From assembly GCA_017857395.1 (NCBI GenBank), contig JAFMDF010000014.1, positions 875 to 64,874 of the forward strand: DNA of 64,000 nucleotides. Reading direction: 5' to 3'. The translations under genes were made by a program, and so were the position numbers. Numbering within the stretch: position 1 is the first letter of the stretch; each line of letters begins with the position of its first letter. The notes below the pieces were generated by a model. It worked only from the letters and a program-made list of their open reading frames with translations. It ran no database searches and was not told the origin of the DNA. Positions 17,510 through 26,639 of this stretch are shown here, piece after piece. This stretch comes from Bacteroidota bacterium. GTDB lineage: Bacteria > Bacteroidota > Bacteroidia > Chitinophagales > Saprospiraceae.

Positions 17510-19158
17510 TAATCCACCTCATAAATCCACTTCCCATAGCCCATTTCACCAGCTTCACTTTGCACGACTATTTCAATCTGAAAAGTTCCTAAATCATCCG
17601 ATTGAAAGAAGGAGAAATCTGTCTTTCCAGTACTATCTGTTTCCAATGCTGGTTGCCAATAAATCTGCGGCCGCAGTGTCGGTTGAGCCGTTGTAGTATT
17701 GGGGTCAAATATTGGGAAGTTCACGACTCTTTGATAACCAGAAATATCAAAAATATTACGTTCTTCTCTTTCGGATAATTGAGTATTTCCTTGTTTGGTC
17801 TGAATAATAGCGGTTCCATATTGACCTATAGGTCCAAATTGTTTACGCAATTTTTTTAGGTCGCTAAATACATCCAAGTATTCTATTTTAGAAAGCGCTA
17901 TTCGAGCCACAAAATCAGCATTTCTAGTTAATTTACCATCTATGATAAAAAGAGGCGGGCGAGGATTTTTTTCGTAATCCCCATATCTTTTTACCTGAAA
18001 ATTGGCTTTATAAGTAGCTTCTTCGGTTAATTGGAATTTAAGCGCCGATTGTACTTCTGTACAAAAAGTAGGTAAATCTTTAAAGGCATTATAAGTTTGT
18101 ATGGCTATTCTTCTATAATCAGTCCATTCTTTAGGCGTAAAATCTTCTAGGAGTTGCTCTATCGAGCATTCTTGCGTGTCATAATATTGATAGGCTTTTT
18201 TCCGTAATTGGCTTAATCGAAGATAATTAGCTATGGTTTTATTATAAGGTAATGGATTGGTTTTACCCACTTCAAATTGTTCTTGAAAAATGATTTGCCT
18301 ATCCATTGATTCATAAGCAATAAATTGAATGGGTTTACGTCCATAAAACTCGGCCAAATCTATTAAAAAATACCCTTGTTCATCCGTCCGATTATATTGT
18401 AATAGTTGCTCTTTGGAAGAATAATAGCCTAATAAATTTGATTTTACTGGTTCGCCTGTGCTAGTATTTAAAAAACCTTTAATGGCTAGTTTTTGCTTTA
18501 AAGCAGTCGGCGGAATAGCCCTTATAGGCGTAACTATCAAATTAGGTAAAGCGGACGTTCCTGTTAACAACACATCTTTAACAGAAATAGAAATGGTCGC
18601 TTTTACAGGTTTACCTAATGCATCTTTTACCGATATTTGTCCCGCTACTTTTTCTCTTTTATGCACCTTTTCTGGATAGGTTAAAATAACTTGTAATTCA
18701 CTTAAATTGGGTGCTTTTTGTGCGGTGATGACTTCTGTAACTTCTGTATTTTCACTAATTGAATTTTCCTCTAAATCATTATAAATAGGAATGGTAACCT
18801 CGGCTAGTCTTACCAACTTTTTAGTTTCCTTTGCTGTTCCAAAAAGTAATAAATGGTAGTATCCAGATGGAACAGTAAAAGGTAGTTTATAATGCCCATG
18901 GAGATAGGTCTGTCCTTCATTTTTTAAGCAAATATCATTGATTAACAGCCCTTCTTCATTGACAAACTTTATGTCAAAACTAACGTCCTGTTGTCGGAAA
19001 ATTTCAGGCAAATATATTTTATACCAAATTATTTCACCGCTTACATAAAAGGATTTGTTCAGGTGAATAATGCAATTATCAGTTGGACTGTTTGCAGCAT
19101 TTACCTGAAAGGGTAGCATCAAAACTAATAGGATATATAGGAAATGAGTTGGTTTCAT
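17506..19158 (-). CDS. Hypothetical secreted protein (possible MG2-like N-terminus and plug-like segment)
   Basis: 550-aa ORF with signal peptide LPFQVNAANS. YVSGEIIWYKIYL weakly resembles an MG2 fold, and LFIIDGKLTRNADF...IEYLDVF weakly resembles a plug fold. It is co-directional with the DUF4249 and TonB receptor genes. I am confident it is a gene; its function is unknown. Confidence 0.6.
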   Translation of the reverse strand: MKPTHFLYILLVLMLPFQVNAANSPTDNCIIHLNKSFYVSGEIIWYKIYLPEIFRQQDVSFDIKFVNEEGLLINDICLKNEGQTYLHGHYKLPFTVPSGYYHLLLFGTAKETKKLVRLAEVTIPIYNDLEENSISENTEVTEVITAQKAPNLSELQVILTYPEKVHKREKVAGQISVKDALGKPVKATISISVKDVLLTGTSALPNLIVTPIRAIPPTALKQKLAIKGFLNTSTGEPVKSNLLGYYSSKEQLLQYNRTDEQGYFLIDLAEFYGRKPIQFIAYESMDRQIIFQEQFEVGKTNPLPYNKTIANYLRLSQLRKKAYQYYDTQECSIEQLLEDFTPKEWTDYRRIAIQTYNAFKDLPTFCTEVQSALKFQLTEEATYKANFQVKRYGDYEKNPRPPLFIIDGKLTRNADFVARIALSKIEYLDVFSDLKKLRKQFGPIGQYGTAIIQTKQGNTQLSEREERNIFDISGYQRVVNFPIFDPNTTTAQPTLRPQIYWQPALETDSTGKTDFSFFQSDDLGTFQIEIVVQSEAGEMGYGKWIYEVDY

Positions 19159-19323
19159 TTTATAATTTATTCAATGTTTCTGATTGTAACGGATTGCGGA
19201 GATTTCAAATATTAACCCCTTTAGGGGTTTTATGTCGGTAGAAAATGGAGGTTCACCCTGATTTCATCGTGCCTTTAGATACGGAATGTGACACAATGTA
19301 AAGGCACACCTTCAACATAATCA

Positions 19324-20430
19324 TCAATTAATCCAAAAGTCTGGTTTATTTACAGTACTTCCTGCCTTTAATAGGCAATTTCTACATAGATTGGGTTGTG
19401 AATTAAAGGTTTCTCTATCAGCTACTTCTCGGCACATAGGCGTGGGAAACTCTGCTTCGTCTTGGCTGATAAATATCCTGATAGAATCTTCCATCGTTGT
19501 ATAAAAATAACCAAAAACGATTTCAGCTGGATTTTCCAATTGCTTAAAATTGCCCCTAACTATAGCAGGTAAGGTTTCAAAAAAACTACCATCTCGGTCG
19601 ATGATAGTATTTAATTCTTTCCAATATTTAAACGCCCCTTCACTTAGGGATTGTTGAACAATTTTAAGGTAAAAACCCCGATAAAATCGAAAATCTAAAG
19701 GTTCTTCTAACAGGAAATGATTGTTTAAAATCGGTTGGGCAGCCTGATTTCCATCGAAAACGACTACTTTATCTAAATTTAAAGGATCAAAATTATAGCA
19801 TACATTGACTGGTTTAAGTGGTTCTGTAGCAATAGCAGATTCAGGAAACCTATAAGTCCCTTCAAATTCCCATTTTAAGAAAGAACGATTGGGATTATTC
19901 GGTAATTCCAGCGGCGTATCGAGAGTGATTTCTAAGAATAACCTAGATTCAATATTTTCTAAATCATCCAAAACAGGTCGCTCTATCACATTTTTGTGTA
20001 CCGCCTTAATGGCAGGAACCCCTATCAGCGGCTCTAAAGTAGACTCATAATTCCGGTTATTAGGAAGCTGAACAGTCACCTGATAAGACTGTCCAATTTC
20101 AATGGGCATAGTTGGATGATTGGACGGTATTGCCAATTCATAAGAACCGATTGTCGTCATCGGTATTGCGACTGCTTCGCCATTTGCAGATTTTAGCAAG
20201 ACGATTGCGTCCACAATAGGAACAGGAGAATCTGATGGGGAAAAATCGGATAAATCAGAAATAGCTAGACTAACCATCGAAGGCGTACCATAACTCAATT
20301 TTCCTCGAATCATAATGCGGTCTAAGGTATTCTCAGAATTAGCCAAAGGAATTTCATCCAAACAAGCAAAATAGCCTAATGCTAAGATGCAAACTAGGAG
20401 TATTTTTTTGTATACTATTTTAAAATTCAT
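19324..20430 (-). CDS. Probable DUF4249-family lipoprotein
   Basis: 368-aa ORF with lipoprotein signal LGYFACLDE. It lies immediately downstream of a SusD-less TonB-dependent receptor, the usual DUF4249 context. The assignment rests on context and size, not on a strong motif. Confidence 0.5.
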   Translation of the reverse strand: MNFKIVYKKILLVCILALGYFACLDEIPLANSENTLDRIMIRGKLSYGTPSMVSLAISDLSDFSPSDSPVPIVDAIVLLKSANGEAVAIPMTTIGSYELAIPSNHPTMPIEIGQSYQVTVQLPNNRNYESTLEPLIGVPAIKAVHKNVIERPVLDDLENIESRLFLEITLDTPLELPNNPNRSFLKWEFEGTYRFPESAIATEPLKPVNVCYNFDPLNLDKVVVFDGNQAAQPILNNHFLLEEPLDFRFYRGFYLKIVQQSLSEGAFKYWKELNTIIDRDGSFFETLPAIVRGNFKQLENPAEIVFGYFYTTMEDSIRIFISQDEAEFPTPMCREVADRETFNSQPNLCRNCLLKAGSTVNKPDFWIN

Positions 20431-20446
20431 ATAGGATTTTCTTTCA

Positions 20447-20650
20447 AGACCTCAGAGAGGTCTAATGTCTTTAGGAATGGTAAGGATTTTGACATTTCCC
20501 GACCTCAGAGAGGTCGCATGTAAAAGATAGAACATATGACCTCTCTGAGGTCATGAAATTGGAAAATAGCCTATTCTCTAAAAATATATGACCTTTCCGA
20601 GGTCAAAAGCGTAAAACCTTCCAATATTTGTATATATTCGGGATGACTCC
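20447..20650. repeat. Array of four GACCTCnnnGAGGTC-type hairpins plus the word ATTCGGGATGACTC (REP-like cluster)
   Basis: Hairpins: AGACCTC-AGA-GAGGTCT 20447-20463; GACCTC-AGA-GAGGTC 20501-20515; TGACCTC-TCT-GAGGTCA 20537-20553; TGACCTttccgAGGTCA 20589-20605. ATTCGGGATGACTC at 20637-20650 is the exact reverse complement of 14821-14834. Confidence 0.8.
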
Positions 20651-20679
20651 TATTTAAATCCCTTTTCTTGATTTGAACT

Positions 20680-23400
20680 TCATATCGATTCAAAATTAAA
20701 AGTAATAGCAGGAAAAGCATTTCCCAAAATAGATAATCTATTAGCCTTTGGACTTTTAAATGGTTTTTGACTATAGAACACCGAAAAAGCATTGCGTCGA
20801 CCATAAACATTATAAATAGAAAAAGTCCAACTGGTTTTAAATTTTTTACCCTTTTTATACCCTTTTCCTCTGGTATAGGCAAAATCTAGTCGATGGTAAT
20901 CGGGAATACGAAATTGATTTCTTGTCGAATAAATAGGCACGACTACCCCGTTATTTTCCTGATAGCTGGCAATAGGAACAGTAGTCGGTCGGCCACTTGC
21001 ATAATTGAAATTGAAGGTAAAGGTATTCCGTTGATTGGGTTGCAAATTAACTAGCAAAGAAATATCATGTGGTTTATCCAAATTGCTCAAATACCATTGC
21101 CCCTCGTTAATACCTGCCACTTTCTGGTCAGAACGGGAAAAGGTATAACTAAGCGCACCATGAATGTTACCTGTTGTCTTTTTGATACTCATTTCTAAAC
21201 CATAAGACCGTCCAATCCCTGATACTAATTGAGTTTCAATTTGTTCATTTACCGTTAAATTTGCAAAATCTATATAATCAAATAAGGGGTCGATACTCCG
21301 AAAGTAAGTCTCCATAGAGGTTTCCCAAATATTGTTGTCAAAATTCCTAAAATAGCCTATGGAAAAATTATGGGCTCGTAATGGTTTAATGTAAGCATTG
21401 CTTAATTGCCATTGGCTACTTGGGGTAGCTGTATTGGTATTGAAAATCTGATTTAAATATTGTGCGGTTCGACTATATCCTGCTTTAATAGAGGTGCTGG
21501 CATTCAATCGGTATCGAAGGGAAAAACGAGGTTCTAATTGAGTATAAGTGGCAATCGACTTTCCTTTTTCAAAACGTTGATTCCCTATCGTTGACTCAAG
21601 TGTTGGAGCGGTTTCATCTACATATTGAAAAACGGTCTTGGGACCAATATTTTGATAATGACTTAGCCGTAGCCCAGCAGAAACTAACCAAGCAGGCGAA
21701 ATTGCCCAATCTGCATTGGCAAATACAGCTGATTCTAAACTTTGTTCAAATTCTAGACTTTTTGGGATTATTTGAGAAATAGTACCTCGTGGTCGAATAG
21801 CCCCAGGTTCCACCCGATACCAAATACTAGAAAATCCACCATGGATACTTAATTTTTTAGTAGGTAGAAAAGTCACGAGTTCTTTTAGTTTATAATAATT
21901 CAGATTAATATCCAATTCAGAAGCATTGGTGCCGCCTAGTTCTAATTGAGTACTTTCGTAACGACTTGTGCCCACAGATAATTTGGAAAAAAGTTTTTCT
22001 GAAAAGGTCTTTTTATAAATTAATTGGGCATTTTTAGTTCCATAATCAAATCCAAAATCCTGATTAAAACCGAAATTATCATGACTTGCATAAGCCGAGA
22101 ATATCAAGGTATTCTTTTCATTAAACCGATGCGTAAAATTTAAATTGGCGTCGTAAAAAAAAACGGTACTTTGTTGAATTTCTGGCACTTTTATCAAATT
22201 TAGTACCCAATCGGAATAGGTTGACCGAAATCCTGCAATAAAGGAACTTTTACCTTTTATAATAGGCCCTTCCAAACTCACCCGACCTGAGACTGGGCCA
22301 ATACCTGCCTTTACCTTGACTCCTTGAAAATCTCCATCTCGCATTTCTACGTCCAAAACTGAAGCTAATCGACCACCATATTGAGCGGGCATACTCCCTT
22401 TATAGAGCGTTATTTTTTTAATTAAATCGGCATTAAAAGTGCTAAAAAAACCGAGGGCATGCGAAGAATTAAATATAATACCTTCATTTTGTATCACTAA
22501 ATTTTGGTCTACCGCACCTCCTCTTACATTAAAACCAATCGCCCCCTCTCCTAAGGTACTAACACCTGGTTGTAATAATAGCCCCTTTATAATATCCGTT
22601 TCTCCTAAAAAAGTAGGTAATTTTTTAATAGCTGCCACATCAATATTCGTCAATCCTATTTGGGCATTATCGACATTAAAATCCGCCGTTTTTGCGGTAA
22701 TAATTACCTCGTCTAAATCGACTGCGCCTTGACTTAAGGTTAAAGCAATAGCGCCATTATTATACACCTTAATCAGTTGATTTAAATCTTCATGTCCAAG
22801 GTATTGGATTTGTAATTCATGTTCTCCTAAAGGCACTTCCAACCTAAAATGCCCTTTTTCATCTGTAGATACCCCTTGATTTAAATCCGTGATAAAAACA
22901 GTTGCGCCAATAATTGCTTCAAGCGTACTTTCTGCTTGTACAGTTCCTTCAATAATAGCTTTTCCACTTGGATTTAAATTATCAATGGCGCCAATATTAA
23001 TCGTGTTTTTATTTGCTAGTTCCTCTTTGGTGCTAACTGCTTCCAAAGTTTGATAATATTCAGCGGTATATCCCTCTTCAATAATTTTAGCAGGTAGAAT
23101 CAATATCCCATAAGAACGGTAGGCTAAGAAACCTAACTCTGTTTCCTTCAATAGTTCGGGTAATACAATAGAGAGCGGTTTTAAATCAAAAGCAATATTG
23201 ATAGGTTGAGTTGGAAGTGCGGATGCTTTGTAAAAAATCGAAATTTGATTGGTTTGCCCTATTTTTTCAAGAATAGAGGAGATGGGTTGATTTTGAAAAT
23301 TTTCCGTAATTTTAGTATCCAAAATAGATTGCCCTTCTGCCAAAAAAGGAATTAAGCATATCAGCAAAATTAGGATAGAAAGCGGATTTTTTGAAGCCAT
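20680..23400 (-). CDS. TonB-dependent receptor with N-terminal STN-like and CarboxypepD_reg domains
   Basis: 906-aa ORF with a signal peptide. It has an STN-like segment (FQNQPISSILEKIGQTNQISIFY) and a CarboxypepD_reg domain (IEGTVQAESTLEAIIGATVFITDLNQGVSTDEKGHFRLEV). Plug motifs are LPTFLGETDIIKGLLLQPGVS and GFNVRGG. A long beta-barrel follows. Confidence 0.85.
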   Translation of the reverse strand: MASKNPLSILILLICLIPFLAEGQSILDTKITENFQNQPISSILEKIGQTNQISIFYKASALPTQPINIAFDLKPLSIVLPELLKETELGFLAYRSYGILILPAKIIEEGYTAEYYQTLEAVSTKEELANKNTINIGAIDNLNPSGKAIIEGTVQAESTLEAIIGATVFITDLNQGVSTDEKGHFRLEVPLGEHELQIQYLGHEDLNQLIKVYNNGAIALTLSQGAVDLDEVIITAKTADFNVDNAQIGLTNIDVAAIKKLPTFLGETDIIKGLLLQPGVSTLGEGAIGFNVRGGAVDQNLVIQNEGIIFNSSHALGFFSTFNADLIKKITLYKGSMPAQYGGRLASVLDVEMRDGDFQGVKVKAGIGPVSGRVSLEGPIIKGKSSFIAGFRSTYSDWVLNLIKVPEIQQSTVFFYDANLNFTHRFNEKNTLIFSAYASHDNFGFNQDFGFDYGTKNAQLIYKKTFSEKLFSKLSVGTSRYESTQLELGGTNASELDINLNYYKLKELVTFLPTKKLSIHGGFSSIWYRVEPGAIRPRGTISQIIPKSLEFEQSLESAVFANADWAISPAWLVSAGLRLSHYQNIGPKTVFQYVDETAPTLESTIGNQRFEKGKSIATYTQLEPRFSLRYRLNASTSIKAGYSRTAQYLNQIFNTNTATPSSQWQLSNAYIKPLRAHNFSIGYFRNFDNNIWETSMETYFRSIDPLFDYIDFANLTVNEQIETQLVSGIGRSYGLEMSIKKTTGNIHGALSYTFSRSDQKVAGINEGQWYLSNLDKPHDISLLVNLQPNQRNTFTFNFNYASGRPTTVPIASYQENNGVVVPIYSTRNQFRIPDYHRLDFAYTRGKGYKKGKKFKTSWTFSIYNVYGRRNAFSVFYSQKPFKSPKANRLSILGNAFPAITFNFESI

Positions 23401-23432
23401 ATAAGATTGGTCAAAATAGCATTAAACTTGTC

Positions 23433-23440
23433 CAAATATA
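23433..23440 (-). promoter_or_regulatory. Possible Bacteroidota -7 box (TATATTTG on the minus strand) for the TonB receptor gene
   Basis: Plus strand CAAATATA is the reverse complement of TAnnTTTG. It lies 33 nt upstream of the ATG at 23400. Confidence 0.3.
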
Positions 23441-23536
23441 ATACTATTTATAGACAAGTTCGCCAAATCATCAACAATTCTTTTGAGTAAGTTCACTAGA
23501 TTTTTTACCATAAATACTATATTAGCGATGGATAAT

Positions 23537-23550
23537 TGTGTACGTACACA
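23537..23550. promoter_or_regulatory. Candidate operator, perfect palindrome TGTGTACGTACACA
   Basis: Perfect 14-bp palindrome with a central CG, 78 bp upstream of the ATG at 23628. It is the same motif as at 6291 and 6532. Confidence 0.5.
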
Positions 23551-23559
23551 TAATTTTAC

Positions 23560-23567
23560 TAAATTTG
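23560..23567 (+). promoter_or_regulatory. Possible Bacteroidota -7 promoter box TAAATTTG (TAnnTTTG)
   Basis: Exact match to the TAnnTTTG consensus, 60 nt upstream of the ATG at 23628 and 9 nt downstream of the palindrome. Confidence 0.4.
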
Positions 23568-23627
23568 ACTGATTTCTGCCAGTATGCTTTTGAAATATTT
23601 AATACAATCCTATCAATTAATTGAATT

Positions 23628-24758
23628 ATGATTATAAAATCATTCACTTGTTACGAAGTTATTGTTCCCGCTCATGAAGGCGTCATCGAAAGCAAAGGCA
23701 TCAATAAGCCCTTGCATAAATTGCCTAAAGGCGCAAAATCGGGTTGGTCACTCCAATTTGATGAACTGCCCAAATTGGTGCTAAAAATGGAATTGAGCAA
23801 TGGCATCATTGGCTGGGGTGAATGTTATCGAGACCATAATTGGCAAGTTGTCAGCGACATTATTAATGTGTTACTGGGTACAGATATCAGAACATTAACG
23901 CTACAAAAACTCCCTTTTAATTTTTGTAGAGAATACGATGGTTTTGAATGTGCGATTTATGATGCTTATGCCAAAGCACATAATATGCGGGTGGTCGATT
24001 TATTGGGAGGCCCTGTGCAAGATAAAGTTAGAGTTGGTGCCTGGTCTAGTCATCGAAGGTTGGAAGAAATAGGAGATTTAGCTAAGAATTTTGCCGACCA
24101 AGGTTATGATTGTATCAAATTCAAAACAGACTTAGAAGATGATGTGAAAGGTTGGTGTGAAAGTATCAAAGCATCAGCGCCTAATATGGAAGTTATTTTA
24201 GATCCAAATGAGCGGTGGTTATATCCTGGAGAAGTCCGAAAAAGAGCAGATGCACTAGCAGAAGTAGGCAATGTTTTATGCTTAGAAGACCCACTTCCAC
24301 GTTGGATGTTATCCGAATATGCACTATTACGACAGTACAGTTCTGTGCCTATCGTATTGCACGTTTCTCTGCCTTATATTTTGCACGGTCAACGTGTGAA
24401 AGATGCCATTCAAGCCATTCAAGCAAAAGCAGTAGACGGCTATAATTTTAATGGAGGATTGGCTAATTTTCAACGCTTAGATTATATCGCAACTGCGGCA
24501 GGCTTGCCCTGTTGGCATGGTTCAGAAATAGATTTGGGTATCTTGGAAGCGATGTATTTACATTCTGCCGCTGCAGCCGCTTCCTGTATTTGGCCAAGTG
24601 ATATTTTTGGTCGGATGATTCGAACACATGATTTACTAAAAATACCATTACATTTTAAACCGCCTTATGCTTATTTACCAGAAGGCTTAGGCTTGGGAAT
24701 AGAAGTGGACGAGGATGCTATTGCGCATTTTCAGGTTGCTAAAAAAGAATTTTCTTAA
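23628..24758 (+). CDS. Enolase-superfamily enzyme (mandelate racemase/muconate lactonizing family; dehydratase or epimerase)
   Basis: 376-aa ORF. IKFKTD, VILDPNERW and LCLEDPL fit the Lys and Asp/Glu/Asp metal-ligand pattern of the MR/MLE subgroup. Confidence 0.8.
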   Translation: MIIKSFTCYEVIVPAHEGVIESKGINKPLHKLPKGAKSGWSLQFDELPKLVLKMELSNGIIGWGECYRDHNWQVVSDIINVLLGTDIRTLTLQKLPFNFCREYDGFECAIYDAYAKAHNMRVVDLLGGPVQDKVRVGAWSSHRRLEEIGDLAKNFADQGYDCIKFKTDLEDDVKGWCESIKASAPNMEVILDPNERWLYPGEVRKRADALAEVGNVLCLEDPLPRWMLSEYALLRQYSSVPIVLHVSLPYILHGQRVKDAIQAIQAKAVDGYNFNGGLANFQRLDYIATAAGLPCWHGSEIDLGILEAMYLHSAAAAASCIWPSDIFGRMIRTHDLLKIPLHFKPPYAYLPEGLGLGIEVDEDAIAHFQVAKKEFS

Positions 24759-24814
24759 GCTGTCTGTCAACTGTAATACAACTCTCTGAGTTGTGCAACG
24801 CTAAATATACAATT

Positions 24815-25702
24815 ATGGATAAATCAAATTATAAAAACCCTTTCCCAAAAGACAAAGACCGTCAGCAAATTTGGGAAATGTTAGTAGAAAGAGACATTAT
24901 TGCTTTTTGTAAAGAAGATTGGGAGATGGTCAGTAATGATTTTATAGAGCGTAATTTTATGGGCGTAGATGCTCGAAATTTACACAATCCCGATTCTTGG
25001 CGCATGAATTTTTCTGACCTAGAAGAATACAAAACCGTTTGGTTAGAACAAGCTGCCTTGTTTGTGCAAACCGAATGGGCGGATGACCCCGAACAAGCAC
25101 TTTATGAAGCGACTACTTTAAGAGATATAGATATTAAAGGTAAGAGTGCTTTGGTGCATAAAAAATTTGATGGCTATATTACCAAAAAAGATGGCACAAA
25201 AGATAGGTTAAATTGGCAAACTTTATACTGCTGTCGAAAGGTAGGAAGTCGTTGGAAAATAGCAGGCTTTACAGGCTATATGCCACATCCAATGGGTTTC
25301 GGTGCAGAGACAAATACCCCTGGGAAACAGATTCCAGAAGGTGCTTCTCAACATGTAACGGCAGGTCCTTATTCTCCTGTTTTGCAAGTAACACCAGGGC
25401 AAATAGTGGTCATTTCTGGTCAAGCAGCGATTGATAATAGTGGAAAAGTAATCGGCGATACCATCGAAGAACAAGCACATTTGACCCTTCAAAATTGTCA
25501 AAAACAATTGCAAACGGGAGGAGTAGATTTAAATGATGTCTTTAAAGTCAATGTTTATCTAACAGATTTGGATAACTGGCCAAGGTTTAATGAAGTCTAT
25601 AAAACTTATTTTAAAGACCCAAAACCTGTTAGAACAGCCGTTCAGACACCACTTTTGTTCACACTTTTAGTGGAAATTGAAATGTGGGCGGTAAAAAAAT
25701 AG
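24815..25702 (+). CDS. Fusion protein: NTF2/SnoaL-like N-terminal domain plus RidA (YjgF/L-PSP) C-terminal domain
   Basis: ATG at 24815 (track start is TTG 24791). The C-terminal ~125 aa are RidA-like: GPYSPVLQV...VVISGQAAID...EEQAHLTLQNCQKQL...VFKVNVYLTDLDNWPRFNEVYKTYF...PVRTAVQ...VEIEMWAV. The N-terminal ~170 aa have the W/F-rich pattern of DUF4440/SnoaL-type folds; that part is a weaker call. Confidence 0.7.
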   Translation: MDKSNYKNPFPKDKDRQQIWEMLVERDIIAFCKEDWEMVSNDFIERNFMGVDARNLHNPDSWRMNFSDLEEYKTVWLEQAALFVQTEWADDPEQALYEATTLRDIDIKGKSALVHKKFDGYITKKDGTKDRLNWQTLYCCRKVGSRWKIAGFTGYMPHPMGFGAETNTPGKQIPEGASQHVTAGPYSPVLQVTPGQIVVISGQAAIDNSGKVIGDTIEEQAHLTLQNCQKQLQTGGVDLNDVFKVNVYLTDLDNWPRFNEVYKTYFKDPKPVRTAVQTPLLFTLLVEIEMWAVKK

Positions 25703-25710
25703 CATTGAGT

Positions 25711-25782
25711 TGTTGCCGTGTTGCCTTGTTACGGTGTTGAAAATGCAACATGGTAACACCACAACAAGGCAACACGGCAACA
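25711..25782. repeat. Hairpin repeat of the GTTGCCTTGTT family (second copy)
   Basis: Perfect 20-bp inverted repeat: 25711-25730 TGTTGCCGTGTTGCCTTGTT and 25763-25782 AACAAGGCAACACGGCAACA. An inner GGTGTT/AACACC pair is also present. It shares the core GTTGCCTTGTT with 15823-15892. Confidence 0.85.
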
Positions 25783-25798
25783 TCACAACCTCAAAAAT

Positions 25799-26554
25799 AT
25801 GTACTGGGACCAACTAACATCACCTCAAATAGCGGAACTGGATAAAAACATTCCAGTCATTTTACCCATTGCGGCAATCGAACAACATGGCGCACATTTA
25901 CCCTTGGCTACAGACCGCATGATTGGGGAACATCATTGCCAGCAATTAAATAAAAAAATCGGCGACAAAGTGTTGATTCTGCCAACTATAAGTGTCGGTT
26001 GTTCAGAGCATCATACTGATTTTGCAGGAAGCTTATCTGTCCAACATTCCACCTTTTTAAACCAAATGACAGACATCGCTAATTGTGTAGTGAAATATGG
26101 GTTTAAAAATTTTATGGTTTTAAATAGTCATGGTGGAAATTTAGCCATAGCAGGTACGTTCTTAGAAATTTTCGGTTATCGAAATCCACAATGTAATGTA
26201 GTGGTAGCAACTTGGTGGAAAATTGCCTTAGAAAAACTAAAAAAATTGAACAAATCTGGACAAGGAGGTGCAGGTCATGCAGGAGAATTTGAGACCTCCT
26301 TGATGTTGTTAATTGCACCTAAATTAGTCCAAAAAGATAAGATTGGCAAAAAAACAAATGTGCCTACTTTTGACTGGGCGGAAGGAGATATGTTGGCAGG
26401 CGGAAAAGCAGGTTTATACCGAACGATGAAGGCGATGACGCCCTCTGGTGTATACGGAGATGCTAATTATGGTACGAAGAAACAGGGCAAACAGATTACT
26501 AAAATAGTGGGGAAGGCTTTGCAAAAAATAGTTTTGGATTTATATGGGAAATAG
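25799..26554 (+). CDS. Creatininase-family amidohydrolase
   Basis: 251-aa ORF. IPVILPIAAIEQHGAHLPLATD, SEHH, LNSHGGN and GHAGEFETS are the creatininase-family metal-site motifs. Confidence 0.8.
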   Translation: MYWDQLTSPQIAELDKNIPVILPIAAIEQHGAHLPLATDRMIGEHHCQQLNKKIGDKVLILPTISVGCSEHHTDFAGSLSVQHSTFLNQMTDIANCVVKYGFKNFMVLNSHGGNLAIAGTFLEIFGYRNPQCNVVVATWWKIALEKLKKLNKSGQGGAGHAGEFETSLMLLIAPKLVQKDKIGKKTNVPTFDWAEGDMLAGGKAGLYRTMKAMTPSGVYGDANYGTKKQGKQITKIVGKALQKIVLDLYGK

Positions 26555-26639
26555 TTGATGCTTGTCTCATTGAATTAAACTAGCAATCCAACTAAAATTA
26601 TTGACCGCAAAAGATAGTAGTTTATATCTTAGACTATAA

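Noticed and set aside
20447-20605. The four similar palindromes as a possible CRISPR array
   Set aside because: The units are only about 15-17 nt, the spacing is irregular (about 37-52 bp), the loop orientation alternates, and there are no cas genes. This fits REP-like hairpins, not CRISPR.
20571-20882. 103-aa minus-strand ORF from the track
   Set aside because: It overlaps the 3' end of the TonB receptor gene out of frame and runs through the hairpin cluster. It is an artefact of repeat sequence.
22156-22164. A9 (T9 on the coding strand) homopolymer inside the TonB receptor CDS as a slippage switch
   Set aside because: It encodes VFFY within a normal beta-strand region. Runs of this length are expected by chance in DNA this AT-rich, and there is no supporting evidence.
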